From NCBI RefSeq assembly GCF_006345805.1, contig NC_042999.1:45632001-45696000 (forward strand): a stretch of DNA of 64,000 nucleotides. Direction: 5' to 3'. Of the stretch, positions 48,679 to 62,150 are shown in pieces. The notes under the pieces were generated by a model. It had not been told where the DNA came from, ran no database searches, and saw nothing but the letters and a program-made list of their open reading frames with translations. A program made the position numbers and the translations under genes. The DNA comes from Octopus sinensis. Its lineage: Eukaryota. The first letter of the stretch is position 1, and the number at the start of each line of letters is the position of its first letter.

Positions 48679-48755
48679 CACATGTGGTCTCCAGTCACAT
48701 GTGGTCCCCAGTCACATGTGATCCCCAGTCACATGTGATCCCCAGTCACATTTGT
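48679..48755. repeat. 17-bp tandem repeat (about 4.5 units) containing CACATGTG
   Basis: cacatgtg at 48679, 48696, 48713 and 48730, with cacatttg at 48747. Confidence 0.92.
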
Positions 48756-49044
48756 ACACACTTTGGGATTGTGTGACCTGTAGCAGCTCACCTTGCCATT
48801 CATTGTTGACTGTCACGGATGGTTTCCTGATCGACTCACTGCCAATCATTGGAGCAAATTTATCCTGGGTTTGAAGTGGGTGGTGTACATGTTAGTTAAC
48901 CCATAGCCAAGACCCTAACAAGCTCTGTCTGTTCTATATTTTAGAAAGAGAGAGAAAGAGAGGGAGAAACATGTTAGCAGAGGTTGAATTTTGTTCACTA
49001 ATTTCTTGCTCTAATTATCAGATTTTCACAGTAACTCCTTTACT

Positions 49045-49254
49045 TTTGTGGTAAGTAGTTTGCTTACCAGCCACATGGTTCTGGGTTCATTCCCACTGCA
49101 TGGTACCTTGGGCAAGTGTCTTCTACTATAGCCTTGGGCTGACCAAAGCCTTGTGAGTGGATTTGGTTGATGGAAACTAAAAGAAGCTCATCGTATTATG
49201 TGTATATACACACACACACACACATACACACACACATATATATATGTATGTATG

Positions 49255-49317
<63 letters not shown>

Positions 49318-49525
49318 GTGTGTGTCTGTGTTTGCCCCCCACCTAACATCGTTTGACAACCGATGTTGGTGTGTTTACGTCTCTGTAATTTAGCGGTTTG
49401 GCAAAAGAGACCGATAGAATAAGTACTAGGCTTACAAAGAATAAGTCCTGGGGTCAATTTGCTTGACTAAAGACGGTGCTCCAGTGTGGCCACAGTCAAA
49501 TGTTTGAAATGAGTAAAAGAGTATA
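49045..49525 (+). mobile_element. SINE family A with an expanded internal microsatellite
   Basis: Head fragment, long TG/TA tract, tail. Confidence 0.85.
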
Positions 49526-50400
49526 CCTATTTGGCTACACAGACAACAACATCCTGGGTTACTCTTCATTGAATAAAAAAGGATTCCAAGAACAATAGCA
49601 ATAACTCATACTTGCAAACATGCCAGTGAGAGTACTTCTCTTAAAGCACCTTGATCTGCTAAAAACAGCAGTCAAATCTCCATTCAATCACACCCTGCTG
49701 TCTTAAAAATAAAAAGAAAGGACATTGTATAATATAATCTTAGGTAATTATGTTTGAATACTAGTTGATGATCAAGTCTAGAATGTCTTATGTCAAGGAA
49801 AAACTGGGATTAATCAACTTAAGTAGTTGATAGACTTAGGTAGTTCATAGACTTTATTTCATGAAGATTCCTTCCATTGACTACTTTTGTATGTTTAACA
49901 CATATGAAATCCTTATAGGGTGTTGTCATATGATGCATAACATTAGAGACATAATTTTGCCACTATAAATTCAGGTCATGACATACAGAGACAATAATTA
50001 TAAATTTTGTCTATCCAAATTTCATGGTACTAATATAAAAATGATGAAACAAATATTAATTTTTTTAAAACGTAAATACTTCTCAAATTAAACTAAATTA
50101 AATAGAACAAAATTATAATATCGATGTTTGCAATAAATATGTTACCAATAACAACAGCTGAAGCATTATCTGGTATTATTCATAGTGGCAATATTATATA
50201 CCCAGCATTACTAGCAACATTCTATTTGATATGTTGTGACCAATAAGATTAGAGTTATCTCTCTTCTTCATGGGTTTAATAAACAGAGCAAGATGGTGAT
50301 AGACTGCCAATTACATTAATTGATATTTTAGGAATTTTACTTTGCCTAATTGTGAGGGGAAACTGAATATTAGCTTTTTATGGTAATATCAGAGAGAGGA

Positions 50401-50436
<36 letters not shown>

Positions 50437-52800
50437 TTATTGGTTGGTTCATATATGTTAGATTGAAGCTTATGTACAGTTACTGCTCTATGCTCATAAC
50501 TATTCAAGAAAACTTCAGTTCATTTGTTCGAAAATAAGTGCCATTCACACATCACAATTGTGTGATGGACAATTGTTTATGCAACCATTTATTCACCGTC
50601 ATAATGGGCATTGACTAAGCCATTCATCAGAGGAAAAGAAAAAAAAATTAAGTGAAGACATGAAAAATTAATATACATACACATATGTATTTATATATAT
50701 ATATATATACATATGTATATTATATATGTATATGTAGGCCACTGAATATCTTTAGTGTGACTACATAGATTTCTCATTTTAATTTCACTGTTCTTCCTTC
50801 ATTTCCCAGCAAATTCTGAAGACTTACAGTGGAGAAAATATTATTTAGTAATGATGACGAAAAAATAGCCAATATAAAAATGCTGACTCCTTTGATATCC
50901 CTTTGAGTAGCGGGATATCGGGCCGAAAGAGAACAGTTATTCTTAGTTTATTTCCCTTTTAATAGATATGAAAGGAAATATAGAGCTGAAATAAACAAAA
51001 TAGTAGAACATCAAAATCTGGAAGTTCCAAATACTTACTGTAGAATTTAATGTCTTTTCTCTGTTTGTTAGCGCTGCTACAGTATCTTTCTATCATTCCT
51101 TTCTTAATGTCTGCAACTTCTGTCTGGCAAGTTGCTTTCATTATGCTAATAATGTGTTGTGTTTGATAAATATACTTTTGTTGTCAATGTTTTGAAAGCT
51201 GGTCTGTGCCAATGAAAAGATTACCCAGCCTAGTTCTGAGGTGGTTTAGAAAAAAAAAAAATGAAAAAATGAAAAAAATAAAATGAATTAAAATAAAATA
51301 AAATATAAAATAAAAAAGATATATATGTGTTTACAATTTTTAAACAGTGTTTTGTGTATATATAAAAAGTGAATGTGAAATCAAATAAGAAGCAAAACTC
51401 AAGGACTTTTGATGCTTACTTTGAAAAAAAAAATTTCAACACTTTGAAAAAAAATGTAGCTACTTATTTGCCAATCAATCTTAGTTGAACCATCACAAAA
51501 GAGAAATAAAATAACTAAATTCAAATTTATTTAGTTGATAATAAATGGATAATGAAACACGGTGTAGTTGAGCAGCTACATGTTAGAGTATTGGTCATAT
51601 ACCAGGGTTATTACTGCCGAGAGACATATATTAGCTCTGAATTTTGTCTAAGAAAGAAACTCATGTCTTATTGTTGAATGCACGCAACTGGTTGATTGTA
51701 GTACTAAAGTGATATGACCTCTGGCCCAAGTATGTGCCAGTAAATTGCATTGTGTTTCTTCTGCCACAATTACACTCTTTGCTGCTTTGAATTTGCCATT
51801 TGTATATTTGCTCTACTGTGTCTCAGCATCTCCTTCTGCACTAAATACTTTACTCATTTTGTTCTCCTCTGAAATTTATCTCTCAGTCATACTTAATCCC
51901 CAAACTCCATTCTGAAGCTGTTTAAATTTACCATTCGCCCTCTTACAGTCACAATTCTACAAAAGCGAGTAAAAGTTATGAGTTTCTTCAAAGAAACTAC
52001 TAAAAAGTTTGTTCCTCTTTGACCCTTTGGATGGACTTCAACCCACCTGAGACTTCCTGGTTCTATTATACAAAACTTCCCATTTTAAAGTGTTCATATT
52101 TGTATTAAAAACCTTCCATTATAATGAATTTTATGTATGAACTTTTCTTTCAGTTATGTTCTAATAATAAAAAAATGACATTTAACTAAATTCCTCCAAA
52201 TTCTTGATTGTTTTCAAAATTAATCAAAGCTAAATTGGCAGAATATTTCATTAGAAATATCATCATAAAAGAGTTAAATGAGCATGAAAAAGAATTCATT
52301 AAAGCCGGTGTTGAAGGTGCTTTTAAATCCTTCATTTTATAGTTGGTGCAGTGTTTCATAGTTGTCGCCCTGTTATCTTGTGTCTAATTAGGAACTGTAC
52401 AGATTAATTAATTTCTCGTCCTGGAATAATCCATTGATAATATTCCTTTTGATCAACATGGCTTGGGAGAATTCTACATGATGGATCTCTCTGCACTACA
52501 AGAATTGCTTTGACATTGCTAGCAAATTTTATTACTTTCTATGATAATTCAACTTTCTATGAATTATAATAATTTGCTGCTTAACTCTGGGGAATGTTGA
52601 CCAATTTTATAATGATTCCTTTGTCAGTGGTTCTAATCTACAGTTTACCATCTATTTTCTCTCTTTCATTTTATCTTCTATTTGCATCGAGCATTTTTCA
52701 TTTCTTCCATTTTCTTCTCCTTACTTATGTTCACTTTATTTAAAATACAGTAAGCACAGAAGTGACTCTCTCATTCTCCATCTCTTCATTTTTACACAAA

Positions 52801-52830
<30 letters not shown>

Positions 52831-52831
<1 letters not shown>

Positions 52832-52958
52832 ATTATTAGAGAGTTAACCACTATGTGGATAACTCTAGTGCTAAAAATAGCCCCGATAGTATAGCTATAC
52901 TATCGGGGCTATTTTTAGCACTAGAGTTATCCACATAGTGGTTAACTCTCTAATAATT
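52831..52958. repeat. Perfect 128-bp palindrome with no spacer
   Basis: aattattagagagttaaccactatgtggataactctagtgctaaaaatagccccgatagtatag|ctatactatcggggctatttttagcactagagttatccacatagtggttaactctctaataatt; centre between 52894 and 52895. Confidence 0.95.
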
Positions 52959-53061
52959 ATGTATAAATTTGTATTTTCTCTGTAGTTTTTTGTGCTAAGC
53001 CACTCGGTGTTAAATTAATGGTATTATTAAATTAATATCAATTTTTCACCCTCATTTATAA

Positions 53062-53093
<32 letters not shown>

Positions 53094-53811
53094 AACTGTG
53101 GGCATGTGTATATGCATACACACACACACTCAGACAAGAGTCGTATTATGGGTTTCTGCAGTTGCTATGCTCTAAATTTCACTTATGAAACATTGGTTAA
53201 CCTGTCACTATTGTAATGGTCACTTGCTGAAGGTGTTGTGCTGTGGGATGAAACCTGAAGCCATGTAGTTACAGAAGGAAACTTCTTCACCTCTAAGCCA
53301 TGCCAGTATTCATAATTTTTCAGAAACAATTTACTTTTAATACTGAATCTCTTGTAGCTTGGATTCAGTTCGCTGGTAGTTAACTTATATCTAAAAAAAA
53401 ATTAGTTACTACTTCGATTTTCTATATAGGTGCAGGTATGAATGTTTGGTTAAGAAACTCATTTTGCAGCCATGTCGTTTCAGGTTCAGTCCCACTACAT
53501 GGCATCTTAGGCAACTGTCTTTGACCGGAAACCTAGGGTGATCAATACTTTGTGAATGCATTTTGTAGGCAGAAACTGTATGGAAGCTCGTTGTGTTTTT
53601 GTGTGTATATATCATATCATCTGGGTAATAATCTTATAACAGGCTTTACATAGCTCTTCCACAGGTATTGTGTACCATATGGTATCATACAGCAGTGTAT
53701 GATAGCATATGTGTATAATATGTGAAACCCCCAACAATCACCAGCTAATACTAATGCACAGAAATTATTGTAGTGATTTGGATTAAAGCCTCTTCATACC
53801 ATTGACTTGTA

Positions 53812-54216
53812 GGATTGGCTGTGTGGTAAGTAGCTTGCTTACCAACCACATGGTTCTGGGTTCAGTTCCACTGCGTGGCACCTTGGGCAATTGTCTTCTA
53901 CTATAGCCTCGGGCTGACCAAAGCCTTGTGAGTGGATTTGGTAGATGGACACTGAAAGAAGCCCATCGTATATATATATATATATGTGTGTGTGTGTTTG
54001 TGTGTGTGTGTATGTTTGTGTGTCTGTGTTTGTCCCCCCATCATCGCCTGACAACTGATGCTGGTGTGTTTACATCCCCGTAACTTAGCAGTTCAGTGAA
54101 AGAGACTGATAGAATAAGTACTAGGCTTACAAAAAGTAAGTCCTGGGGTCGATTTGCTCGACTAAAAGGCGGTGCTCCAGCATGGCCACAGTCAAATGAC
54201 TGAAACCAGTAAAAGA

Positions 54217-54218
<2 letters not shown>
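53812..54218 (+). mobile_element. SINE family A, full length
   Basis: Head, body and tail present. Confidence 0.88.
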
Positions 54219-54252
<34 letters not shown>

Positions 54253-55109
54253 AGTCAACTAATCCAGTGGTACTCATAAAGATAACTCCTAAATGGATCA
54301 TTCTACAATACAATTTTCATCAAATAAGAATTTCCAATGGTTGAATAAATTTTATCACAGTGTATTTCTCTCATTATTTATAATTTTATATAGGAGATTA
54401 TGGAGATTATTTTATATAGGAGACTATGGATGACTAAATTACAACAGGTATGTAGTCCATTGTCTGGGAAGAATTACAACTGTGTTTCGTGGTCTGCTAC
54501 AACAGCTCCTTTATAGGATCCAGTTAGCTCAAGACATCATCAGGAGGAACCACGTCCAGTTTCGGCCCCTACTCCTCTACCGTTTTGATGTGGCGGGGCC
54601 CCCACTTTTGGAGGTGTCTTCAGCTCTGGTGTTGGGTGCATGTTATACCATTCAAAACATTTTATTCTTTATTATTATATATATATATTGTATGTATGTG
54701 TGTGTGTGTCCCACCAATGCTTGACAACCAGTGCTGGTGTGTTTACATCCCCATAACTTAGTGGTTTGGCAAAAGAGACCGACAGAACGAGTATCAGGCT
54801 TTGAGAAATAAGTACTGGGTTTGATACATTCGACTTAGAAAACTCTTCAAGGCAGTGCCCCAGCATGGCCAAAGTCTAATGAGTGAAACAAGTAAAAAAT
54901 AAATAAGTTAATTACAAAATGGACAGTATTACAAAAAATGTCATACCTTTAATATTGTTTCATAGATATTGTGTTTAAGGTGTAGACATTGCTGTGCAGT
55001 TATGAAGTTTCACAGCATGGCACCTTGGGCAAGTGTCTCCTACTATTGCTTCAGGCCAACTAATAACTTGTGAATGAATTTGGTAGACATAAACTATGTA
55101 GAAACCTGT

Positions 55110-55220
<111 letters not shown>

Positions 55221-55427
55221 ATATATATATGGGTGTATATATATATATTTGTGTGTGTGTGTGTGTATGGTGTGAGATGCAGGTGTGGCTGTGTGGTAAG
55301 AAGTTTACTTCCCTGTCGCATGGTTCCAGGTTCAGTCCCATTGTGTGGCACCTCGGGATGACTAAAGCTTTGTGAGAAGATTTGGTAGGTAGAAACTGAA
55401 AGAACCCCTATTGTATATATATATATA

Positions 55428-55647
55428 TACGAAGGGGTACAGAAAAGTTCCTGGCTTTGTGTAAAAGAAAATACACGAGGTTCACTTAATTAGGCTTTTA
55501 TCCAACATATTCCTCTCTCAGATTCATACATTTATTGCAGCGGCCCTTCAGTTCTTCTGAGCCCTGTAAAACAACTTGGAAGGTTGGGCTTTCAATTTGG
55601 CCTTTTGTGATGCCCTAAAAACAAAGAATTTTACAGCACCCCCTTAT
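55428..55647. mobile_element. Mariner-derived MITE inserted in the (TA)n of a SINE
   Basis: tacgaaggggtacagaaaagttcctggcttt ... aaagaattttacagcaccccctta; homologous to 8768-8950. Confidence 0.75.
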
Positions 55648-56294
55648 ACATGTGCATGTGTGCATCTTTGTGTTGTATTTGCTTACATTCTTATAACTTA
55701 GTGGTTCAACAAAAAAAAAAATCAATAGATTAAGTACCAGACATTAAATAAGTTCGGGGTCAATTTGATTGACCACTCTCGTCATGAGTGAAATTGGTAT
55801 ATGAATAGAAAAATTAAAATGTACTCGCACTACAAGTGTATATTGAAATTCACTTGTTTTACATAATCATTTGCTTATCCAGTATATTCTTATGAGCTTT
55901 TTTCTTTTTTTTTTCTTTTTTTAAATTTAATTTTTTTTCTTACTTTTTTATTGCTGGAGCATCGCCTTTAGTCATGCAAATCGACCCCAGGACTTATTCT
56001 TTGTAAGCTTAGTACTTATTCTGTCGGTCTCTTTTGCCGAACCGCTAAGTTACGGGGACATAAACACACCAGCATCAGTCGTCAAGCGATGTTGTTTGAG
56101 GGGGGGGGGACAAACACAAACACACAAACATATACACACACATACATACATAATTTCAGGCCTTGTACCTAGAATAGTAAATAAAAATTAATTTTTTAAA
56201 AAATAAGTACCAGTCGAGTACTGGGGTTGATGTGATAGACTTACCCCCACCCCAGAAATTGCTGCCAAAATTTGGAACCAATATTATGTTTGAA

Positions 56295-56720
56295 AGAAGG
56301 TGATGAGCTGGCAGAATTGTTAGTATGCTGGGCAAAATACTTAGCAACACTTCGTCTGTCTTTACATTCTGATTTCAAATTCTGCCGAGGTCAACTTTGT
56401 CTCTCATCCTTTTGGGTTTGATAAAATATATACCAGTTGAGTACTGGGGTCAGTTTAATCAACTTAGCCCCTTCTCCGAAATTGCTGGCCTTGTGCCAAA
56501 AGTTGGAACAAATATTGAGTTGACAGCAAAGGCAGTGGCATGGCAGGATTGTTAGTGCACCAGACAAAATAAGCGGCTGTATTTCTTTTGGCTTTATGTT
56601 CTGAGTTCACATACTACCAAGGTTGATGTTACCTTTCATCATTTTGGTTCCTGGGGTTTATGTAGTTAATTAGTTCTCTCCCCCAAATTTTCAGACCATG
56701 TGCCTATAGTAGAAAGTTTC
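56295..56720 (+). mobile_element. Two SINE family B copies
   Basis: gagctggcagaattgttag head and tcatccttttggg core, repeated. Confidence 0.7.
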
Positions 56721-57504
56721 CTACGGCGGTTTTCGGTTATTCTACCTTAAGCTTTCTCTTAGGTTATATTATTTTATTTGGCTTTTCTCTGAGTAAGGGA
56801 GAATATAATGATTCAACGTCACTTATACTAAAGTGTTATCATCATACCTAAAACCCTAACTACAGTTATAACGTCATAGAGACATATACGCATGAAATGC
56901 TATGAATATTAACGACATGTATGTTAAATATTTTCTTCGTGTCCTTTAAACCACTATAAGAAAACATAAATTAAGGATTACAGAAATGCATACTTATTTA
57001 TGCTCAGTTGAAAAACAAACGTGAAGAGAAACATTTTCTTTTAATTAGTTTTATTATATAAATATAACATTTTATATTATTTACTGTAGGAAAGATAACT
57101 TCGTCGTGAAGAAGAACGACTATAATTTCATTAACTAATTTCTCAATTCTAGCTAATACATTAACCAACAAATCAAAATAGATTTGTGATTAACTCTAGA
57201 CATGGCATGAAAATTACCGATGTCTCAAAAGAGTGAGTGTCGTGGAGTTCAGTGACATCCAACAAACACTGAAATTTTTCCCAAAATCCAGGGTTTTTAT
57301 AACTGCTCAACTTGACTAAAAAGAATCGAAATCCATGACAAATATTCTTTACGAAACTTTTAGAATTTTTATATGATCAGTTATGTTAACCAATAGAAAA
57401 AAACGAAAATGATAATTCTTCGGCAATACGACATTACGTCATATTGCCAATTCGTGCCACATTTCAAAATGGCTAAAATGGTTATTGCTACAAAAGGATT
57501 GTTA

Positions 57505-57870
57505 TTATTACCTCCACCTTAGCGAAGGCAGTTTCTTTGTTTCCAGTCGTGTTTGTTTGTTTGTTTGTCTGTCCATGGACAAGATAGCCCATGAACCACT
57601 GGATGCATTCGGATGAAACTTTCAGGGATGTTTACTCTCGTGACTGGCACAAATTAATTAAATTTTCCGATTGATCTGGTACCAGAAAAATATTCTAGAT
57701 TATTTTTTCTGTTCTTTTTACTTAATTTTTGAGAGCAGTTGGGTTCATTTTTAGTATTCTCGTTTGTGGGGGCAGTCAAGTTTATTTCAGATATTCTCAT
57801 TTTAAAAATGATCTCCAGCTAATCGTTGAGAGGACGATGGTGTTACCTTGGTGGTGTTACCTCTCTGAGT
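57505..57870 (+). mobile_element. Helentron/DINE-like non-autonomous element (HINE)
   Basis: Starts ttattacctccacc, then a (GTTT)n-GTCT tract and gatgaaacttt, with a 3' ggtggtgtta subterminal inverse followed by ctctctgagtg. This fits the known HINE layout (recognition from recall). Confidence 0.6.
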
Positions 57871-57889
57871 GATCTTATTCTTATTTATT

Positions 57890-58170
57890 TCTTTATTGCC
57901 CACAAGGGGCTAAACATAGAGGGTACAAACACAGACAGACAAAGGGATTAAGTCGATTACATCGACCCCAGTGTGTAACTGGTACTTATTTAATTGACCC
58001 CGAAAGGATGAAAGGTAAAGTCAACCATGGCAGAATTTGAACTCAGAATGTAATGGCAGGTGAAACACTGCTAGCCATTTCGCCTGGTATGTTAGCATAC
58101 CAGGCGAAATGGCTAGCGGTGTTTCTCCTGGTATGCTAACATTTCTGCCAGCTTGCCGTCTTAAAGCTCG
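57890..58170 (-). mobile_element. SINE family B containing a template-switch inversion (58062-58125)
   Basis: Reverse complement of 13997-14227, with an inserted inverted segment. Confidence 0.85.
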
Positions 58171-60149
58171 CCATCTTGTTATTATTATTATTTAAGTGGT
58201 GAACTGGTAGAATTGTTAGCGCGTTGATAAATTAAGTACTAGTTGAGTACTGGAGTTGATGTAATCGACATAAACCCCTTGCCACAAATTTCAGGCCTTG
58301 CGCCTATAGGAGGGAGAAAGGATTATTATAGTTAATATTAATAATGATAATAATAATCATAATTGGGCAGCAGGCTGGCAGAATTGTTACCATGTCAGAC
58401 AAAATGCTTTGCAGTATTTATACGTTCTGAATTCAAATTCCATGAAGGTAAACTTTTACCTTCATCCTTTTGGGGTTGATATAAATACCAGTCAAGCACT
58501 GGGGTTCATATAACCAATTAGCCCCCCCCCCCCCAAAAAAAACAAAAAAACTTCAGGTCTTCTACCTATAGTAGAAAGACAATATTAATTTTAAGGTAAA
58601 CATGGTGTTGAGTACTTTTAATGATTTCAATGTTCTGGTTTCAGATCTTGATTGGTCCATTTTGCATTTCGTTCTTCCAGACCCCAACAAAAAAAAAAAA
58701 AAAAAAATCCTCCAAATAAACAAAAACAAAACAACAACAACTGTATTTATAATCTTATACTACAGTTGGTTATTTCAATTGTCTATATTTCCTCCTCTGC
58801 AAAGCTTGGTCTTGCGAATCGTTGCACTAAGTTGTTTCTTTGAAGTTGTTGTTGTTGTTGTCCATATGTTTAATTTAGAATACATTAGATTAACTTCCTT
58901 TATCTTTTTGCATTGTCTATAGTAATGCTATATTTAACAGTTAGAATTATTATTATTATTTTTGTGTGTGTGTTTGCTCGTTGTCTTCTCTGTTATGTAT
59001 GATAAAGCAGAAATCATGCTGGTACCTTCCCTTGCTAATTATTAAGATCTTAATAGAATCGAAGTTTGGTTCTCCAACTTCTTCCTAGGTAGACTAGTTA
59101 CATATTTCCCGAGACAATAGCTTGCTTGCTTTGTTTCACAGCACCACACACAGCCTCATTAATTTCTTTTTTTTTTCATTCCTTCTAATTGCATCATGTA
59201 TAATCTGGTAGGCATCTATTTCTTTCTCTTTCCCTTTATGCTTCTTTATTTCTTCCTCATAACAGTCACTCATTCCCTGACTGTTCTTTTTTTTTTTTTT
59301 TCCTTCTGTATGAATTCATTGGCTCTTTATCCCAAATGAATTGTCTATGAATAAGTGATCCAAGTATAATATCGGTAATGCACAAGAATATGAACAATAA
59401 TATATAGAATCTAAAAACTTCACTTTCCCATTAATCTTCAAAGTAAAGAGCTCTTTTATACATTCACTTCAGAGTTCTATAAGTGAGTTTTAAAGGGAGT
59501 TTTTATATCCAATACTCAACCTTCTTTTGTTCAAACCTAGATATTTAGAATCATACACTTTGATTTGAATACACAAATGGACATGTATTCATCACACACA
59601 CACACACACACACACACATGCACATGTATGTGTGTGCTCTGTATACATATGTGTGCATGCATGCATGTGTGTGTTGTGTATGCATAAGTATGTGTGTATA
59701 TGTACCTGTATGTATGTGAGTATGTGTATCTTTGTGTAGATATCTGTATATAATTATACTGATGATGATATATTCATATGCCATCATCATCATCATCATC
59801 ATCATCAATATAATTTTACTATCACTTTTCCATACCTACATGGGTTTGATAAATCTTCTCTCCTTGTGATTTGCGATTCTATGTCTTCTTTGTAAGGTTC
59901 AGCAACCTGAAATCAGTTTCCACCACTTCTTCCTATGTCCTACTTGCTTCTCTTCTTCAGCATGTTCCCTCCACTTAGATTCCCAGGCACTTCTTTATCT
60001 CTCTCTCATTCCCCATATGCATTTTATAGGTGCAGGCATGGGTGTGTAGTTAAGAAGCTTGCTTTACAACCACCTTGAGCACTGTAGGGAATTGGGTACT
60101 GCAAATGAGCTTGCATTCATGCAGTGCTGCATATGTCTTTTTAGCACAC

Positions 60150-60480
60150 GAGTATATGCTTGCTGGTGCCACATAAAAAGCACTGGTGCTGGGGCCACAT
60201 AAAAAGCAATGGTGCTGGGGCCACATAAAAAGCACTGGTGCTGGGGCCATATAATAAGCAGTGGTATTGGTGTCATGTAAAAAGCAGTGGTGATGGTGCC
60301 ACGTAAAAAGCACCCAGTACACTCAGTGGAGTGGTTGGTTTTAGGAAGGACATCCCGCTGTAGAAATAAAGCCAAAACAGACTATGGAATCTGGTGTGGT
60401 GCCTGGCCAGTTCCTGTCAAGCTGTATAATCCATGCCAGCATGGAACACAGACGTTAATTGTTGATGATGATGATGATGA
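60150..60480 (+). mobile_element. RTE-tail repeat with about 5 short (about 24 bp) minisatellite units
   Basis: gccacataaaaagcactggtgctggg repeats, then gtaaaaagcacccagtacactc..catgccagcatgga..(GAT)n. Confidence 0.75.
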
Positions 60481-61029
60481 TCATCATCATCCTGATTGTT
60501 TTTATGCTTAGCCTACACTTCACCAATTGGAAGAGAGTTCAAAGGTCTTGTTCCGATATTTGCTACAACCATTTAAGATTCGTGCCTATGGTCTTCTTCA
60601 CCTGCGTTAATGTCCTTGGTTTCCATGCCTGTCTTGGCGCTCTTGTTTGCCAAGCAAGGTATTTTTGTTTCTCTTTTGTTTTTATGCATTCTAGAATTAT
60701 GAGCTATATTGTTTATGACAAAGGATGTCACTGCTTTTGTTTGCATAGTGACAATATAAAGGCATCTAATTACTTAAACACTCACATATACATGTGTGTG
60801 TGTGTGCACATGTTTACTTATATATATATATGTGCATGTGTATGTGTTTGACAAGCTACTATGCCGTTTCCATCTACCAAATTTTATTGTTGAAACAATG
60901 GTTGACTTGAGGCGATAGAATGAGACACTTAAAACAAACTTCTTAATGAAACAATTCTTTCAGTCACTTCCAGACGTTGCAGACAACTGAATTAATTTAG
61001 TTGAAAAAAAATATAATAAAAAAATAGAA

Positions 61030-62150
61030 GAAAACTTCGAAGCACATATTTTTGACATGTTAATGGATACCACACAGAACAAGTATACATTCTCTTTTTT
61101 TGTTGATTGCCCTAACAACATTGGAAAGTCTTTTATTTTTTATTCAAACCCTTATTGAAGATGTGGAAGCATGTTGGGATCAATCAGTTATTTTCATAGT
61201 ATCTCTAACTGTATTGTCTCGTGAAAGTGATCCTTCTACTTGTCTTTCCATATTCCTATTTCCATTGACAAGGATTCTCTTTGCTGTATTGATGTCAGCA
61301 GCAAGCTGAGCATAAATAATTTGATGCTGGTTTCATATTTTGGGAAGAAGCACCATAAACACTAGTGTATATGTATGATGCTTGGTGATCACACAGCTTA
61401 TAATCTTTTGGAGGAGGATTTATCTTTTAAATGGTAAGATCATTGTGTTTCCAGGTGATTTGCAGCTAATACTTCTTATCTTAAAGACATTTGGTAGAGA
61501 TGTTCTCATGGACATAGTTAAGATCCATTCTTCATTTTGGCTGAGATTGATGGAACTGAATCTTACCATGAATGTAAAGTTACATAATTTGAGAATAGTG
61601 GTAATTATGCTGATTTTCTGATTTGTGTGGTGAAAAGAGGAAACAGAAGGATTCTAATGGCAAGATTAATCTTCCAAATAGAATTGGGCTGTTGAATACA
61701 TATGGAGTGATAAATCAAATTAAGGGAAGCTCATTGGATCCTTCAAACTGCAGAATTAGCAACACTATCTCCTACCCAACAATGTTGTTCCTTTTGTAAA
61801 TGAGTTAATTATTAACAATTTGATGGAGAATTAGTTACAAAAGGCATTGACTCTGTAATGAAGCAAACTCTCTGTACACTTATGTGATAGAGTTCCTAAA
61901 CAGCTGTTACATTAGTGTGCCTCTCCTATGCATTGAATTGTGCTACTGCAATATATGAGACTTATTGGTTTTGTAGTGGAACAAAGGTTTAGATAGCACA
62001 TTTGTAGAAATACATGAGTGAATGTTGGAGATGAATACAATACAAAAATGTATTGTGTCAAAAGTCAAAGCAAGGCATTCAGACACCACTGTCATTCATC
62101 CTTATACAATTATAGCTTCTATTTTACATTACTTTTACAAAGAAAACCTC
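61030..62150 (+). pseudogene. Decayed Helitron PIF1-type helicase
   Basis: Helicase motif remnants in the expected order across frames: Walker-A-like FVDC..NIGKSF, IPISIDKDSLC, IFWEEAP, NGKIIVFPGDLQLIL, FW..LNLTMN, PTNN, IEFLNS, CSGTK. Many stops and frameshifts. Confidence 0.72.
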
